Position numbers and translations under genes: made by a program. A stretch of 63,851 nucleotides of DNA, filler included, from Lenisia limosa (Eukaryota; Protista; Breviatea): assembly GCA_001655205.1 (NCBI GenBank). It is 8 parts of 8 records of this genome, joined end to end, with 100 filler letters (N's around TTAATTAATTAA, not from the genome) between each part and the next. Parts side by side here need not be neighbours in the genome. Positions count along the whole stretch, not along the records: positions 33,241 to 53,305 come from LPNZ01002415.1; 7 more parts are not named here. One strand, written 5' to 3'. This document shows, in pieces, positions 36,801 to 53,305 of the stretch. Below the pieces are notes generated by a model. That model was given only the letters and a program-made list of their open reading frames with translations. It was not told the DNA's origin and did no database searches. Within the stretch, counting starts at the first letter, position 1; every line of letters begins with the position of its first letter.

Positions 36801-39800
36801 GGTCTTGTGCACCGTCACTCTGTTCCTCGTCTATCGAACTATTACGCGAAGTGTCTTCTGAAAAAATGAGTTATTCGGGGAGTCAGTATGTGAAATGGTG
36901 AATGATAAAGTGGTTCCATCTGGCCAAAGCCGCCCACGCTACTTTATATAGATATCATATAGCTATATATTATATTATACTATATGATATGCAAAGTATA
37001 CATATGTAGTATATAGTATATGAAATCTTGATCACTCCCTCCAACACAAAAACACATCATTTACTTAACACTATTAAAAGGAGAATATATTTCAGTGACT
37101 TCCCTACTGTTCCATTCGAGAGAGTCAATGGGAACTTGGCGGTGGCTTTGGGTCTCCTGGATTTCAAGGGCAGATAGACTCACAGAGGAATCGTGCTACA
37201 TTGTGAAGAGATGAAATACTAAATGAGAGAATGTATTCGAATAAGCTCATTATTGTGTTATAAATTCACATTGTCAAAATACACAGAATCTTCAAGTGAT
37301 TGTCTATTACCCCAACAAAGCCAACCTTTGCTATTCTTGGAGGATCTGTTGGAATGTTGGCAGTGTTGGCGTAGGGGTAAAGCGGGGGAGTATGTGAAAT
37401 GAGGAGCGGTGCACTGGACGGGGTTGCTGAACGAATCAGTGCTTGTCCAAAAAGAACAGGTGAAATATCGAAATCTATTGGGGGTTGTTGTTTTTCAGGG
37501 TACAACTTATTGATTGATATCAGGCCCGGGAGAATACACAAGAAAAGAAAAAAGTGAAATACTGATAAGAGGCAAACCAGGAGTATATGAGGGGGTGCGT
37601 CTATGTCCATAAACGCTGGGGGGACGGGATGCGGAACGGGAGGACGAAAGGGGGGCCACGGGGTCCCTCTCTGAGAGCGACTTTTGCGATGGAATTGGAA
37701 GGGATAAGTCGAAGAATGTATCCGTCTTCTCGGAAATCTAAAACATTAATGACTAATGAGTAAAAGAGTGATAAAGTTCTTGATAAACCATGCAAATACG
37801 AAATTGGACGTGTCATTCCCATAGAATTAATAGACATCCTACAACAATGAATACCTTGTGGCACTCGGAGCAAGCCACATGCGAGCGTAACGTACCCCCA
37901 AAAGTTTGGCCCATGACCGAGGTATATGTATGGTTGGCTGGGAACGGGGGAGGGGGGGCTTCTGATGGAGTTCCATCCTGAGCATTAAGTTGAGAGTCAT
38001 ATAACGAAAATCATGATGATCAATTCAATCTCAATTATAGGAAATGATATTATTCGGTTTTGTCTATTACAAAATGATAACATACCGGGTTCACACAGAG
38101 CTCAGGAGGGGGGTTAGATGGCAGTTCATAGTGCTCACGTTCAGCTACATCCTAGAGGTAGATGTTAAGCCTGTCATTTAAAGTAAAACAAATAATTGTT
38201 ACGATTCAAAACGTTTCTCTCCAAAAAATAGAGATCCACCCACTTCGTCATCGGAATCTGAAGGAGGACAATGGTCATCAGGATGCAAAATGAAGGGCCA
38301 CGCCTCACCACCATGCACAACCTAAAGGTTATCAAGGGATTTGAATATCCTCCAATAATTCTAAAAAAAATGTTAGATTTGTACCCTCTTGGTGCATAAG
38401 CATATTATGATTTAATGTTATTTTTCTTGGTCCTTCGCAAACATGAGTTGTTTCATCAATATTGTCAACGATGGCACGTAAAGCTTCTTGAGCATCCTAA
38501 ACAAAATAATGAAAAGAAGAATGGGGTACTATCTGAGTATGGAAGCAAATGGACGAAGAAACATAACCCGGGTCCAAATAAACAAACCTGTTGATGGTAC
38601 CCTCGAAACATGACATTTACTGAACTGAGAGCCTGCAATAGGCTTGAAGGGGCAACTGGCTTTCGAGACACCCTGAAGCGTTAGTACAGAGAAAGGCAGT
38701 CTGAGTTCGCTATGGTAGGTGATTTGCAAACTTACCAAAGTAGAAACGTCAATTCACGCAAAGATTTGGCTAATGGAGCATTCTTGAGAGCAGTTGGGAA
38801 AGCAGGTCCTTCAAGAAGCCATCGAGATATCTGAATAATTAAATAACCTCCTCAGCAACGACCCTATATAATTCAATTATACTAGATTGTCATTCCAGTC
38901 AGATAAAAAGACTGACAAATTTTCACTTGATTTTTAAGCGGAGATTTTATCGGAATTCCAGTATTATTAACAGACATGGAGAATTGCACCCCTTTATGTC
39001 ACACTCACCACTATTTCAAGAACAAAATGCAGCCCCCATGCTAACCTGTGGACAAGCAATAACAGCTTGTAAGGTGGAGTTGAGGTAACACGTGTTTCCT
39101 ATATTACGAAGGCCAATAGGAACATGACGAAGGGCTAAAGATGTTATCAAGAGCATAACGTACCTTGAGGCGCTGTGGAGAGAGACGATTTACTGAGAAC
39201 TTCCTTCATTTGTGACGGCGTAGTAATGAGGGTGCTGGAATGATGATAAAAGATGGACATCAGTATAAGCAGAAGTTGGATGTTCAAATCACCTGTCGTT
39301 AACATCTGTATCAGAGTCCGAGTCCTCTACTGATCTGTTGCAGTCTGTGCACCACACCATCCCGTCTCCCGAAAGGCTCAATTGAAGGGAGTGCTGAAGG
39401 TGAGCATTGAAAGTGGTCTAAAGCAAGCCCCAAAAGGTCTTAGAGTATTGTAAAAAATTACCAGTTCAAGATGTAATTTCTATGTCTTAATACATAAAAC
39501 ATTATTTTCTTTTGTTATCAATCTATTAGCTAACAGCCTACGCCAGTATGAGTGTAGTGGTCGTGAGAGTGATTGGACCTATCAGGCCCGCATAAGACCG
39601 TGAAGCAGAGCTTTCTTGTCTCTAATGACTGGAGGGTCAGATAAGATGGACCAAAGAAAATTCCCAGATCCAAACAAACATGTAAACAGAGCCAAAGGTC
39701 GGGTTTAGATTGTTTGCATTCAAAGCACTTCGCAGTTTGAAAGAGTGTCTAAATGGGTGAGAGGGCAACTGGTGAACAAAGGTGAACGAGGTGCTAAGAA

Positions 39801-40080
39801 ATACAAAACTTAGACAGCCAGCTTTGTAAATAATTAGATCATATAAGTATTATTTATCATATTTAATTGAGAAGAAGTTCAGACAGTTTCAGGCATACTG
39901 TAAATCGAGGCTTAGTTATCAACTCAGTAAGTTTCGGAAAATCAAGTCTTTTGAAATGGGGACACTGCTTCTGCAGTTTGTTAATTAGTATTAAAGAATA
40001 ATCAGCACTAGTCAACAAGCGGAGAGCTCACCTGCCTGAAGATAGTCATTCCATGTGGACAAAATTGCGACAAACCGGTA
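33830..40080 (-). CDS. USP20/USP33: Ubiquitin carboxyl-terminal hydrolase, USP20/USP33-like (zf-UBP, UCH, DUSP)
   Basis: FCPH; KCFECKQSKPDLWLCLH (zf-UBP); GLRNIGNTCYLNSTLQA (Cys box); FRGYHQQ|DAQEAL; SEKTDTFFDLSLPIP; LTIHLKRFRHESYWGNKVSTHIAFPL; YDLVAIVNHRGSL..GGHYVSY...WYECNDSYV (His box); DUSP IPWLRRWQKY...PGPISNHEL and VVWNYLQSAHGGGP. Both ends approximate. Confidence 0.88.
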
Positions 40081-40324
40081 CTCACTGTTATTTTCTTCTT
40101 TCTACGTTACAGGTCGTTTTATTACAGCTAGTGATATCATTTTTTCAGAGACACAGGGAGTAGGATACAAGGGATGTCCTATGAAATATTAATATTTAAA
40201 ATAAATCAAAGAATGCGCACAAAGACTTATAATCCTTCATATTGTTAGATTGTGAGTCTATTATCACACCCACACGCTTTATATACTGACTTAGTGGAGA
40301 AACCTGACAATTCAACTAACAACA

Positions 40325-43300
40325 ATGTCTGAGGCCACTCTAAGAACTTATCCGCCTCCTAAGCCCAATATAGCACTATATAAAACAAAAATTGATGACA
40401 GATTTGAGACGGTTCAGTCTTCAAAGGTATGAGATGAAGGTTATGGCCTCATCGAGCTTTCCATCCTGGCTTATCTCTTTAGAATGGAGTAAAAATGCCA
40501 ACTATTGACACAAAAACGGTAAATCTATCCATATTCTAACGTTTGTTAATTTTTTTAGTTGATTGCGTCAAGTCCTATCACAAGCCCAAAGGCTAAGAAG
40601 CCTCGTGCTAACCCCAAAGGTGTGATAATCCTACATTTTGTTCATTTTTAATGGTTGTAGAGCCTACAGCACCGCCTGCCTTCCCGCAGTATGTGGACTG
40701 AAATTGTAACGGTTTTGTCGCCCTTTTGTAAACCATTCCTTCTTCTTCTCGACTAATAGTTGTGGCCAGGTTATTTTAGTGTGTATCTCCATTGCTTATT
40801 AAGATTTTAATTTGAAGAATCACCTTCTATCATTTTTTTAAAAATACACAAAGACATATTAGGCCATCCATATTAGATCTTTTTGACAGCCTAGAATTGT
40901 TGGCCTTGACACAGATGATAATGAGCTAGCAGGTTGGTGCTGACTTGATGAAAGAAGATATTTGAGTGCTTTGTGACTGTACTAACCCCAGGTATTGACG
41001 ATAGCGCCTTCAAATCAAGGCACACTGATGGGTTGTGCGTCTCTGCACCAACCCTCTCAACTACTGAGGATGAAGTCATGCAGTCTCAAAAAACATTTTT
41101 CAGTCCCGTTTACATGGTGAGTTGCTCCCAAATTTCCCTTGCGTATTGTAAACACAGATGTCTTTTATTTTTAATACTGGGCGGTTTTGACGGTATCAGG
41201 GCCAGGACCCCCCTCCAGCACCAACAACAGGCACACAGCCAATGGACCAAGCTTCCGCCTCCTCATTACAGACCACTAGATCACGCTCAAGGTTTGATGG
41301 TAATACAGCCATTGTTGAAATGTCGGTACTCATTTGTAAGCTGCAATGTATCACATACTGTTGTTTGTGTTGAAAACGCGCTTATTACAATGTAGCCTCA
41401 CTCAATTCACCCGCCGGCCCTCCGTCCCCACTTCCCGCACCCCTTCACCCAGTATCGAGTATTTCAGGCCCACAAGGCGGTATGCACAACCTGCTCTGAC
41501 CAAAAGAATAGAATCCACACCTCGTCTCCTCTGACCTTTCAGACCATCATCCATTGCACGGTGCTCCTCTGATGGCTCATGTTTGCAGCTTTTTTTTTTT
41601 TTTTTTAATGAGCACTCACNNNNNNNNNNNNNNNNNNNNNNNNNNNNNNNNNNNNNNNNNNNNNNNNNNNNNNNNNNNNNNNNNNNNNTCATGTAATATG
41701 ATTTTGCTTTTCGATATCAGATCAATATATTGATCTGGATCTTTGAGCTTTGGCCAGATACAACCTTTGTATTATTTTGACTTCGCAGTATCACCCCTGA
41801 AGCTGGAGAGATCAGTGACCCCCTCAACACTTCGAATGATGGCGGCTGCAGCCCAGGTTGGCGCAGCCTTCTTTGTGGATTTTACTGGACAGGCATATAC
41901 ACTGGATAAAGGGGATTTTGTTAATGGACGTTCAAGAAGGAAATGTCTATGAGTCTATGATGAACGTTGTTACTGTTGACAAGCTGAAACTGTTAAAAAT
42001 TGTCATTTTAGGAGAGCCAGCCCTCTTTTTTTGTGCAGTTAATAATTCTCATCCCCAGGTATGTGACACGGAGCTTGAGATGCCTGCAACCCCCCTTGCG
42101 ATGCCGCCGACCCCGGGCACCCCGGTGTCACCGCCGTCCCTTGACGACGTCCATCAAGTCGTGGCTGAAACATCGACCGTCTCCTGTGACGATGAAGAGG
42201 AGGAGATCTGGGACGAAATCTGCCCGTATGTGGATGTTGCTACCGATGCTGAAGGGCTCCATGTTCTCACTCACTCAGGTATCGATTTTTGGCCCAGTTC
42301 GAACCACCACCACTTGAATCGCCCACACCCTGTCTCCCAAGACTTGCAGCTAAGCACAGAGGAAGAGTATGCGATCTACCACAATATGTATTATTTATTA
42401 TACTATAATCCAATATCTCTGATAGGCGTGATGGTGTGGACGNNNNNNNNNNNNNNNNNNNNNNNNNNNNNNNNNNNNNNNNNNNNNNNNNNNNNNNNNN
42501 NNNNNNNNNNNNNNNNNNNNNNNNNNNNNNNNNNNNNNNNNNNNNNNNNNNNNNNNNNNNAATGAGACATTGGTGCATAGCAGCACACAGGAGATTCTCA
42601 ACCCTGAAGTTGGACCGCTTATTATTGATTGTTGTGAGGGCTTCACTTCTGTTCAAAAAAGACCGGTGTTTCTTGATAGTTTTTATTCAGTCTTTTTTCG
42701 AACCGAAGTGAAACCCTAATTATTGTATTGTTTGTTCTTTTTTCTAACTCTTCAGATCAGTTTCCCAGTGGATTTCGACAGCACAATGTATACAGTCAGC
42801 GTGCTCTATCGCCCTGGAATGCACACATTTCTTGAGGTAAGCCAAAACCCTGGTCTCTTTAGCTCGGGAAGAATATGAGCAGAATAGGATGTTGTGCAAG
42901 CTTACAGTGTAAGGCTTTTATTATTACCTTCTTATCCCACACTTTTTGTCACTGTTTCCATATAAAAGACCGCACTTTTCGATAAAATACGTGATGGAAA
43001 GAAAGGTCAAACCCCAATATCCTTTGTTTTCATTCTCACGCAGTAGTTTGCAGCTGCCAAGTTTGAGGTGGTGGTGTTCACGGCAAGTCACCGTGTGTAT
43101 GCCGATAAACTGCTTGATATCATAGGTAAACCATTGGGATTTGATGCTTTTCTGAAAGCTCTGTTTGATCTGGTCTGATGGGTAATTCTATTATGGGAGT
43201 TGCGATGAGTAACCTGTTTAGACCCCAATCACACTCTCATTCACCATCGTCTGTTCCGTTCGGAGTGTACAGAAATTGATGGCAACTACATGAAGGACCT

Positions 43301-43808
43301 TCGTGTTGTTGGACGACCCCTTGAGAACATGCTTATCATTGACAACTCTCCACAGGCATTTGCTCTTCAGGTTCGTGTGATCGACAAATGGTACTATTTT
43401 TTTTTTGTCTTTCTTCATTGCATTGTTGTATTCATATTGCATTTTTCAAATTTNNNNNNNNNNNNNNNNNNNNNNNNNNNNNNNNNNNNNNNNNNNNNNN
43501 NNNNNNNNNNNNNNNNNNNNNNNNNNNNNNNNNNNNNNNNNNNNNNNNNNNNNNNNNNNNNNNNNNNNNNNNNNNNCCCATTGAGTCTTGGTTCGAAGAC
43601 CCCGAGGACCGTTGTCTGCTGGAGTCCATGCCCTTCTTGGCCCAGGTCGGTACCAAGCTGATTCTTCATTCGTTTTTTTCTATCATTGAAGTTCCAATGA
43701 CATCTCAACTAGGTTGCTGAAGCTAAGGATGTCCGCACATTACTCCGTCAGCACTATCAAATCCAAGACCTCTTAGAAAACATCAGAGCTGAGGGTGTGG
43801 AACCCTAG
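40325..43808 (+). CDS. CTDSPL2: CTD small phosphatase-like (CTDSPL2/NIF, HAD family) protein with long disordered N-terminus
   Basis: ETLVHSS; LYRPGMHTFLE|FAAAKFEVVVFTASHRVYADKLLDII|DPNHTLIHHRLFRSECTEIDGNYMKDLRVVGRPLENMLIIDNSPQAFALQ; PIESWFEDPEDRCLL; stop TAG at 43806-43808. Confidence 0.85.
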
Positions 43809-43880
43809 GCCTTTATATCTCACGTTTCTTCTCTTGTACAATGTTCTTTCTTAATTTAGGTTTTCCCCATTCCATCAAAG

Positions 43881-46800
43881 CTAGGTTTGAATCATATTGG
43901 CAATAGCGACATCTAAACTTCGATAGGATGAGGCAGCCGGCTGTGATACCTGGGGGGGGGGGTAAATGAGGAATTTGAAAAAGTATTTGAAAGCCTAATA
44001 ATTCTGAGCATCCTGACAAAAACAATAAAATACGAGTTCATGGAAAGGTGTGAATGAAGCTTAAAAGGTATCAACTTTGCACAAAAGTATTCACGACATA
44101 ATATGTTGCGCTGCCCAAGCTTACTTCAGAAGGAAGCCTAGCGATATGGATGGCACCAACCGCGTCACCACAGGCAATATCCTGCCCGGACCTGTTCCAC
44201 TAAAATGTCAGAGGTGTCCCTACGTTCTTTCCTGTCATTCTTCGTTCGCCTATCATATTCATGATAGGAGCCGCCTTTTAGAGTGGCGTGTGGTCAAAAT
44301 TACCACTATATTTATTGATATCCTAACATTGCAGTTATTAACAATAATAGAAACACTTGTGTATTTGGGCAGCTAATCACATCCCCTCCAACAGAAAGTT
44401 TTGATAAGGCGCGATCACCAACATTCAAGCTCAGTACCTGTGCCTAATATGTGAAAATGAAACTCAATCTATCAACAATATCATCTCTTGTAGTGAGAAT
44501 ATGATTTCTTGAAGAATTTCAGTCTTTGTGGTAGAAATGACCCCCCCCCCCCCNNNNNNNNNNNNNNNNNNNNNNNNNNNNNNNNNNNNNNNNNNNNNNN
44601 NNNNNNNNNNNNNNNNNNNNNNNNNNATTTCCGTCAACTGAGGCTGCCAAACATGGGTGTGCTGGTGACCACTGTGGTGTCAGTAGGTAGCAAAAGAAAA
44701 GAAACGAATACTTGGTTATGGATATCGATATGGTTATTTTGAATTATTATGTCTTCTAACTCTAACAACAGATTTACGAAATAATCAACAGTTAACAAAG
44801 TTATGCCATGGGCAAACCTTGACATCATAAACGTTTTCGAAACTGTCTTCAAACGTTCTCAGCTCGAGACCCTCCTAAACTTTCATACCAACACCGCCGG
44901 ATCTCTATGATCCTAGTTTCAATAGAGACTTTACTGCAATACCTTGCAACACGCACGTACCTTCACACTCCATAGGCGGACAGTCCAGTCAAACGATGAC
45001 GAAATCAGGAGACCAGCTTGATCATGCGAACCAGCTGAAAAGGTTAAACAGATACAATAAGACTCAAGACCCTGAGTCACTTCAACTAACCTCGAAACAT
45101 GGGGTGGTAGTCAACTGAAGACACCAGTCCCGTATGTCCTTCCAAAACAGACGTGATTCCAGGAACACTGATGATGTGAGTTGCAACATAGCCAGAGAAA
45201 TGATGTAAAATGCCCGACTTTTCCTTTCAAATCATCAAAATTGCCCGCAAACTGTCCATGCCGTGAGCCCACAAGAAGAGATCCATCCACGGTACCTACA
45301 AAGGATAAACCCTCATCTTAAACAAGATCCCAGGTTCATTATAAAACAAAAGTGATCCAGTAAAGGTTATAAAAGTTAGTATATACTGAATATCAAGAAA
45401 TTGCTTCATTTTTGATACTGAAGTGGAGCCTAACTTACCAGCAACGAAAGATGAGACGTCACCTTCAACCTTGGAAAACGTGGCAGTAGTGGTGATTCCT
45501 GAGGCGGAGGACTTCTCTTTTCCATCCTGGATTTGAAGATGTAGTGTTTCCTAGGCAGTTATGTTTAAGAAAAACCTGAAATCAGAATGTGTGTGAACCA
45601 ACTACTTGCAGTCACACTGAATTATTATTCCCATCAATTCCGTCTTACAATTGGGTCAATCAGTCTATCAGGGTGCCATGAGCAGAGAGAGCCGTTCAAT
45701 GCCACTTTTGAGATCAGAAAAAAATGTCAAAAAGTAAAAAAAACAAACAACAAAAGCAAATAAATGAACCACCAGGTCCACGCGCCTACATGAGACAATG
45801 ACATGAGCGAGCTTGGACCCGACAACAGTAACAGTGTCGACCTGGCCGCCATGCCCGTCTCCAGGGGTGACACTCATGATGGAACGCTGGATAGTGAAAA
45901 TGAAGCTCTCTCTGAAAAATGTCATGCATATCGGAGCGAAGGTGAGTAAAGCAATAAAAGGTTGTATCTGCATTTAAAGATATATACTGTTACTTACTTA
46001 AACGAATAATAATACCCCCACATTAACCACGTATCACATACCGACGACGGCAGTCCAACGGATCGCAAGTCCCAGGCAATAAGGTTACCGGACTCGGTCC
46101 CAACAAAGGCAGTGTGGGGGACGTGCTCCGAGATCGTGACACTGCACAGGGGGGTCTACAAGGTCAAACAGCTGCAGATGGATAAAATAGAATAATCATT
46201 TTCGTTCCATTAAGAAAGCAATGACATACATGCCAGTGGTAGATGGCCATTGGTTTTGTTGGGTTAGTCAGTTGCCACACAGCCATAACACCATCGTCTT
46301 CTGTGGTTCCTCTTCGGGCTCCGTACACCGCTATCAGAATGTTGTCATGCTAAGCAGTTAAAAGCTGCTACAATCCTAACCCATCTTGCAAGTGGAGCCA
46401 TTTAACCCACTCTAGGCGACCATGCGATGCCGGTGACTGGTCGGTTTCTTGTTGCCTTATCGGTCAGTACGGCTGAAACCGAGGCTACTGTGGCGGTGGA
46501 AGCGGCTCGTCTGTGACATGAGGTTGTTTAATATATGATATAGTATATATACTATACTATATAATATAGTATATATATATATATATATGATATATGATAT
46601 TATGTATACTATATGTATAAATTATATAGATATAGACCAAAAGTAAACTTAAACGTAACAGGAATTTCAATTAATGATCAACACAAATGGAGCAACATGG
46701 TTAAACTACTCCACTTACGATTGGTCAGTGTCGTCATCCCAGGGACTGGCTTTGGCCACTTGGGCTTCATCAAAACGGTCTGCCGCCTGATATCGTTAAA

Positions 46801-48082
46801 ACCACTCGTTAACTTGCTCCTACTCGTTGGAGGAAGCTGGTGAACTGGTCACTTTGTTCGTGTGCAGCGATATCGTCGACGCTTAGGATGGCTAGATGTT
46901 AGGCAAGTGGGGAAAATGTGTCCTCGGATCAAATTTCCGGATATGGAGTAACAAAAAGCATATATCTAGTTGAAGGCATCTGCGGAGTATTGGGCGGTAA
47001 TAAGAACACCCCCCCTACTTTCTGCAGCTTGGAAATACTCCCTCAATTCAACTGCTTCCGGATCTTCCTGTTCAACAACTTCAGGGATGTTGTACTCCGC
47101 TGGGATCTCTAAGCATGTCAGCGGAATAGAAAATGAATGCTGGCAATGCAACTGGTTAAAGGCTTTAAAACCATCTAGTATATATAAGATGACATTTATT
47201 TACCAAATCATTTGCTCACAACGCTGTAGATACACACAGCTTTCCGCATGTCACCCCAGAAGAGTAGTCGCATATTTGAATCAACGAATAGAATAAAATG
47301 GGTTTGAGAGCACCATAGCCCAACTAACCGAGAACCGGAGTGTCAACAATATCAGCTTGTGTTTCCTTTGAGTACACCTTTGCCACCTTGAAAATAAGCA
47401 ACAACACATGGGAAAGTCAAGGACTGTAAACATTAACAAAACAATTTCTAACGTGTTTAAAACAAATGAAATTCTATGTTAAACAATGACATACTCACGG
47501 CTACCTTTGGTGGTATGTCAATAACAGAAACTGCAACAGAGGAGGTCAAGGGGCGTCTGCGAAGTAAATTGTGTGATTACTGCAAAATAATTAACCCAAA
47601 CCATCCTACTTGCGTGGAAAACAAAAACAAAACAACAACAAACACAACAATAACAACAAAAACAACAAGAGTTCTGTTACAAAAGACTGCAGTTGAAAAA
47701 TTCGAAATAATATCATTTTCAAAAGCGACAAACCTCGGCTTTTCAACTTGAGGAGAGGCCTGGTGCTGAGAAACGGTGGGGGAGGCGGCTGGGGCTTCGG
47801 ATCCAGATGACGGGGCTAAAAGTCAACCAACTGAATCTTTTCTCCTACACAGCAAAGCAGCAACAAGGTTTTCAACATCATCATCATTGGCTGGAGGAGG
47901 AGAAGCAGTGGGTTCAGGGGTAGCGGCTGCCGATTCTTGTTTACGTTTCCTCTAAAAAAGGAATCAGCATTGATCTTTCCGAGTATTCAAACTTCTTCCT
48001 GTTGTGCAACTCTTTTGGCACGGATCGCTGCAATGCGCTTGCGCTTTTCTTCTAGCGCTTGTTTTGCATCAGAGTCCGCCAT
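43881..48082 (-). CDS. DYNC1I: Cytoplasmic dynein 1 intermediate chain (about 19 exons)
   Basis: MADSDAKQALEEKRKRIAAIRAKR; IDIPPK|VAKVYSKETQ; SDQFTSFLQR; RPVTGIAWSPR|HDNILIAVY...DGVMAVWQL; GTESGNLIAWDLR; LEGHTGLVSSVDYH; LISSSFDWTVRLWS; TFEDSFENVYDVK|WSPAHPCLAASVDG; WNRSGQDIACGD. Collinear with DYNC1I motifs throughout. Confidence 0.92.
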
Positions 48083-48468
48083 AATAACTTGAGAATCAAT
48101 GGCGTGATGCCTCAACTATAGAGAGAAAAAAATCTAGTGGAAGAAGGAAATTTTGAGCGTATACCTGGATTACCCTGCTGATTGTTGTTCAGTTGTTTCA
48201 GTGGTTGTTAGCTTATGGAAAAAGCAGAAAAGGGGGTTGGAAAGAGCAAAAAGCACACTATGTAAACACTACATGAACCTTTTTGCAGAATTTTCAACTT
48301 TTTGCTTGCCTTTTGCCACCTTTTGCACCATTTTACATCACTGGATATTCACTATTCTGTTTATAAACTAATATCTTGACAAATCTTGAAAAGCAGTTAT
48401 CAGCCCGAAACGTTGTTGTTGTGTTTCCGAACCACCTTCCAATGACATAGCACAGCTGCCACCTCAGG

Positions 48469-51360
48469 ATGCAAGGCCAGCCTCCGCCCATATCCGTCTC
48501 TAAGAGCGTCCCTGCTCGACCCACGGTACCGACATCCCTTCCCACGGCCCCCAGACCCAATCCCGCTCCTACCAAAGCAACGACCAGTACCCCTCTCACC
48601 CCTGGAACTCCCTCGACCCCCACCGTTATCCCCCACAAAGCATGGTTCCAAACTTCAGTCGCCTCCAAAAACGCCCAACCAGCCCAAAATCGACTACCTG
48701 TCGCGACCATCCCCCGCCAAATCCACCCTCAGCACCAACACCATCTTCTCCAGCAACAGCAGCAGCTTAAGCACCAGCAGCTACATCTTCAGCAACAACA
48801 GCTACTTCAGCAACAACAACAAGCAAAAGCCCGTGCCACCACTCCAGTAACAACAAAGCCTCCAGCCGTCCAGAAGCCTCGATTCCTTTATAGGGCCTTA
48901 CCCGTGACAAGCGACCAGATCGATGAGTTTCGGTTGACACGACGACGAAATCCAAACCAAGAACGGACGCGTCAGCTGCTTTCTGCAGTTGAATCGGTAG
49001 GGCGTTTACGTCTCAGGTTATTCTTTTCATGTGAAATCTAGGTGTTGGGATAGATGATGATGACCATTGTAGCGAAAAGCGAATGATCGTGAGCGTGTCT
49101 TATCATCGAGAACCGTTGAAAGGTGTCAGCAGATTGAGATCCGGCGGGTGGACCCGAAATTCAAGAAAGTCGCTGCTGACGTCGAACCCAAGTTTTTTGG
49201 GCATTGTGATCTTTTTTTTTGTGTTGCTGTTTTGTTTGCATCAGTCATGCCCCAGATTGTACCAGTCGCTTGATATGCAGCACAGCATGGCTATCCACCC
49301 TGACGTCAGCACTCCTTTCGAAAGCTGTAATTGGGTTGTCTTTGACTTTGTTTCTAATGCTTTGTTGCTTATTTGCAGTCATGATAGTATTGTTTTAAGA
49401 GGAAGTTCTTTTTGTATAGTTTAAAGAAAAATGAAGCGCACGAGAGAATGTATCATACAAGTTTTGTGAGCAAAAGAACAATCTGTTATAACTAATACAC
49501 ACACTCCACAAAAAAGCCCGGGAAAATATCGACAATTTTTCTTTTTTCGAACCGAAGTGAGCCCTACTCCTTACCTAAGAAAACTTGGTTGTAAAAAGGA
49601 GATCGTGGGGATTTTGTTTGATCATTCAGACGACGACGCCTTTGAGCGATTGTTCCCATTTCACATTTGGGCCCGTGACCCTTTGAGTCTCAAGAAAGAT
49701 GGAGATTGTAGGAGGGACTATTTGTTCTCTTTGGTTCGTACCAACACCAGTCTTCTTTTCGAAAGTTTAACGAGTGTAGTACTTTCAGATGATTTCATTG
49801 GTGAAATGATGGAGAAAGAAGATGTGTACTTAGCACGGCGAAGAAAGGTTCTTTCTGGTCTCAAGGAACTACACGATGATGCTTTTATTACAAAGTATGC
49901 TGGAGCAAATAGTGATTTCTCCGTTTTACTGTTTTCCCTTTTTAACTCCCCTTCACATTGCGGTTTTCAGCATGAGCTCTGAAAGTCACTTTCCGATTTG
50001 TCTTCAAATCATACACTTATGCAATTTATGATGCAGTTTTCTCTTTAACATATCAATTTTAGGGAGCATCGATATCATCTTGAAAATCAGTGTAAACGCC
50101 TGAAGAGCACGATAAAGTTTTCTCATGAGGTTAGGATCATTTGTGGAGGTGCCTGTTTTACTGATTTAGTCTGTTGCCCTTTTGAAAAGGCAAATCACAG
50201 AAGTTGAGCAAGAAATAGAAAACGTCCAAAAGCAGAACCAAGAAGTTCTCGACTCTTTCCCTCCGCCAGAAGTGAGAGGGGGGGGGGGTTATGCCTATTA
50301 TATTTGCATATCGATATATCATATACTATCATATCTAATTACCGGTTGATATTGTGATTTTTGAGAGCATTTCATATTTCCCCCTGAATATACTGGTTTT
50401 TTTCACTTGTTGATGGACTCAGGAAATGCAACGGATTGAAGCCGACCTGAAGAGGAGAGAACAGGAATTCGAGAACCTTGTCCAGAAGCAGCGAGAAAAG
50501 GAAATTGAAACGATCCAGTCCAACAGGCAGAAACAAGAGAAGATAGCCCGGGCAAAGTATGAGGCTGAATGTCAGCGAATTGAAGCCGAGCGGCGAAAGG
50601 ATCAGATCAAGGCTAAGAAGCGCGAAGAGAGACGACTAAAGCTCAAACAATCCGCGCCGCCGGGAGTTGACACTCCAGATTGCCTCTCATCTCCATCCCC
50701 TCCCCAAGAGGACGTGTTTGCTCCGCCAATGGGAGGGAAGACTGGCATGCGGCTAGTCAAAAGGCCCGCAAGCCCTGTACAGGATATTGTTGCCCCTGTG
50801 ATCAAGCGATCGCGGGTTATTACAGAGGACCTCATTTCGCAGTCTTCCGATGAGGAGTCTGAGGAATTCGTCCCTGCACCCACCCCGGTCCCAAGCCTCA
50901 AGATCAACCTTTCAGTAGCCTCCAATCTGAGCTCTTATACTGCGTCAAGGTGAGGGTCTACACGTTTTACAACTATTTACGTTTTTTTTTGCTTTTGACA
51001 GTTCAGTGAAACGCCAAGTCGCTATCCCCCTACGCCACACTTTTCTCCCGGTCAGCCCGGGGTCCAAAGTCATTCTCAAGACCCTTGGGAGGTAAGCTAC
51101 TTTTATTGTGTCCCTCTCTGCCTCTCTGAATAAAAAATGTCACTTTCCTCAAATGATGTCTGGATATTGGTCAAATTAGAACAGACTTGGTTTTGATTCA
51201 GCCCCTTGATTTTCCAGGCACCTTCAGACTCGATTGAAGCGCTCCCCTCCCCTATGTCCTTTAAGCTCTCTCTTAATACTCGTTTTTAGTCTTATTCTGT
51301 GTTTCTTTTTCTAATGTTGTTATGGTTAATTGATAGATGTCGGTCTATTTCTAGAATGAG
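48469..51360 (+). CDS. GLTSCR1/BICRA-domain protein (ncBAF/GBAF subunit-like) with P/Q-rich N-terminus and coiled coil
   Basis: LDMQHSMAIHPDVSTPFES|DDDAFERLFPFHIW matches the GLTSCR1 domain pattern DQ..L.PDY.TPF.S..DA..RLLPYHV. 3' end uncertain. Confidence 0.68.
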
Positions 51361-51393
51361 GGGTGGTGGGACAAGTTTATCAAAATAGAACCT

Positions 51394-53305
<1,912 letters not shown>

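Noticed and set aside
40555-40710. Ribosomal protein-like K-rich exon (KAKKPRANPK)
   Set aside because: No match to a ribosomal protein on full translation; it splices into the CTDSPL2-like N-terminus.
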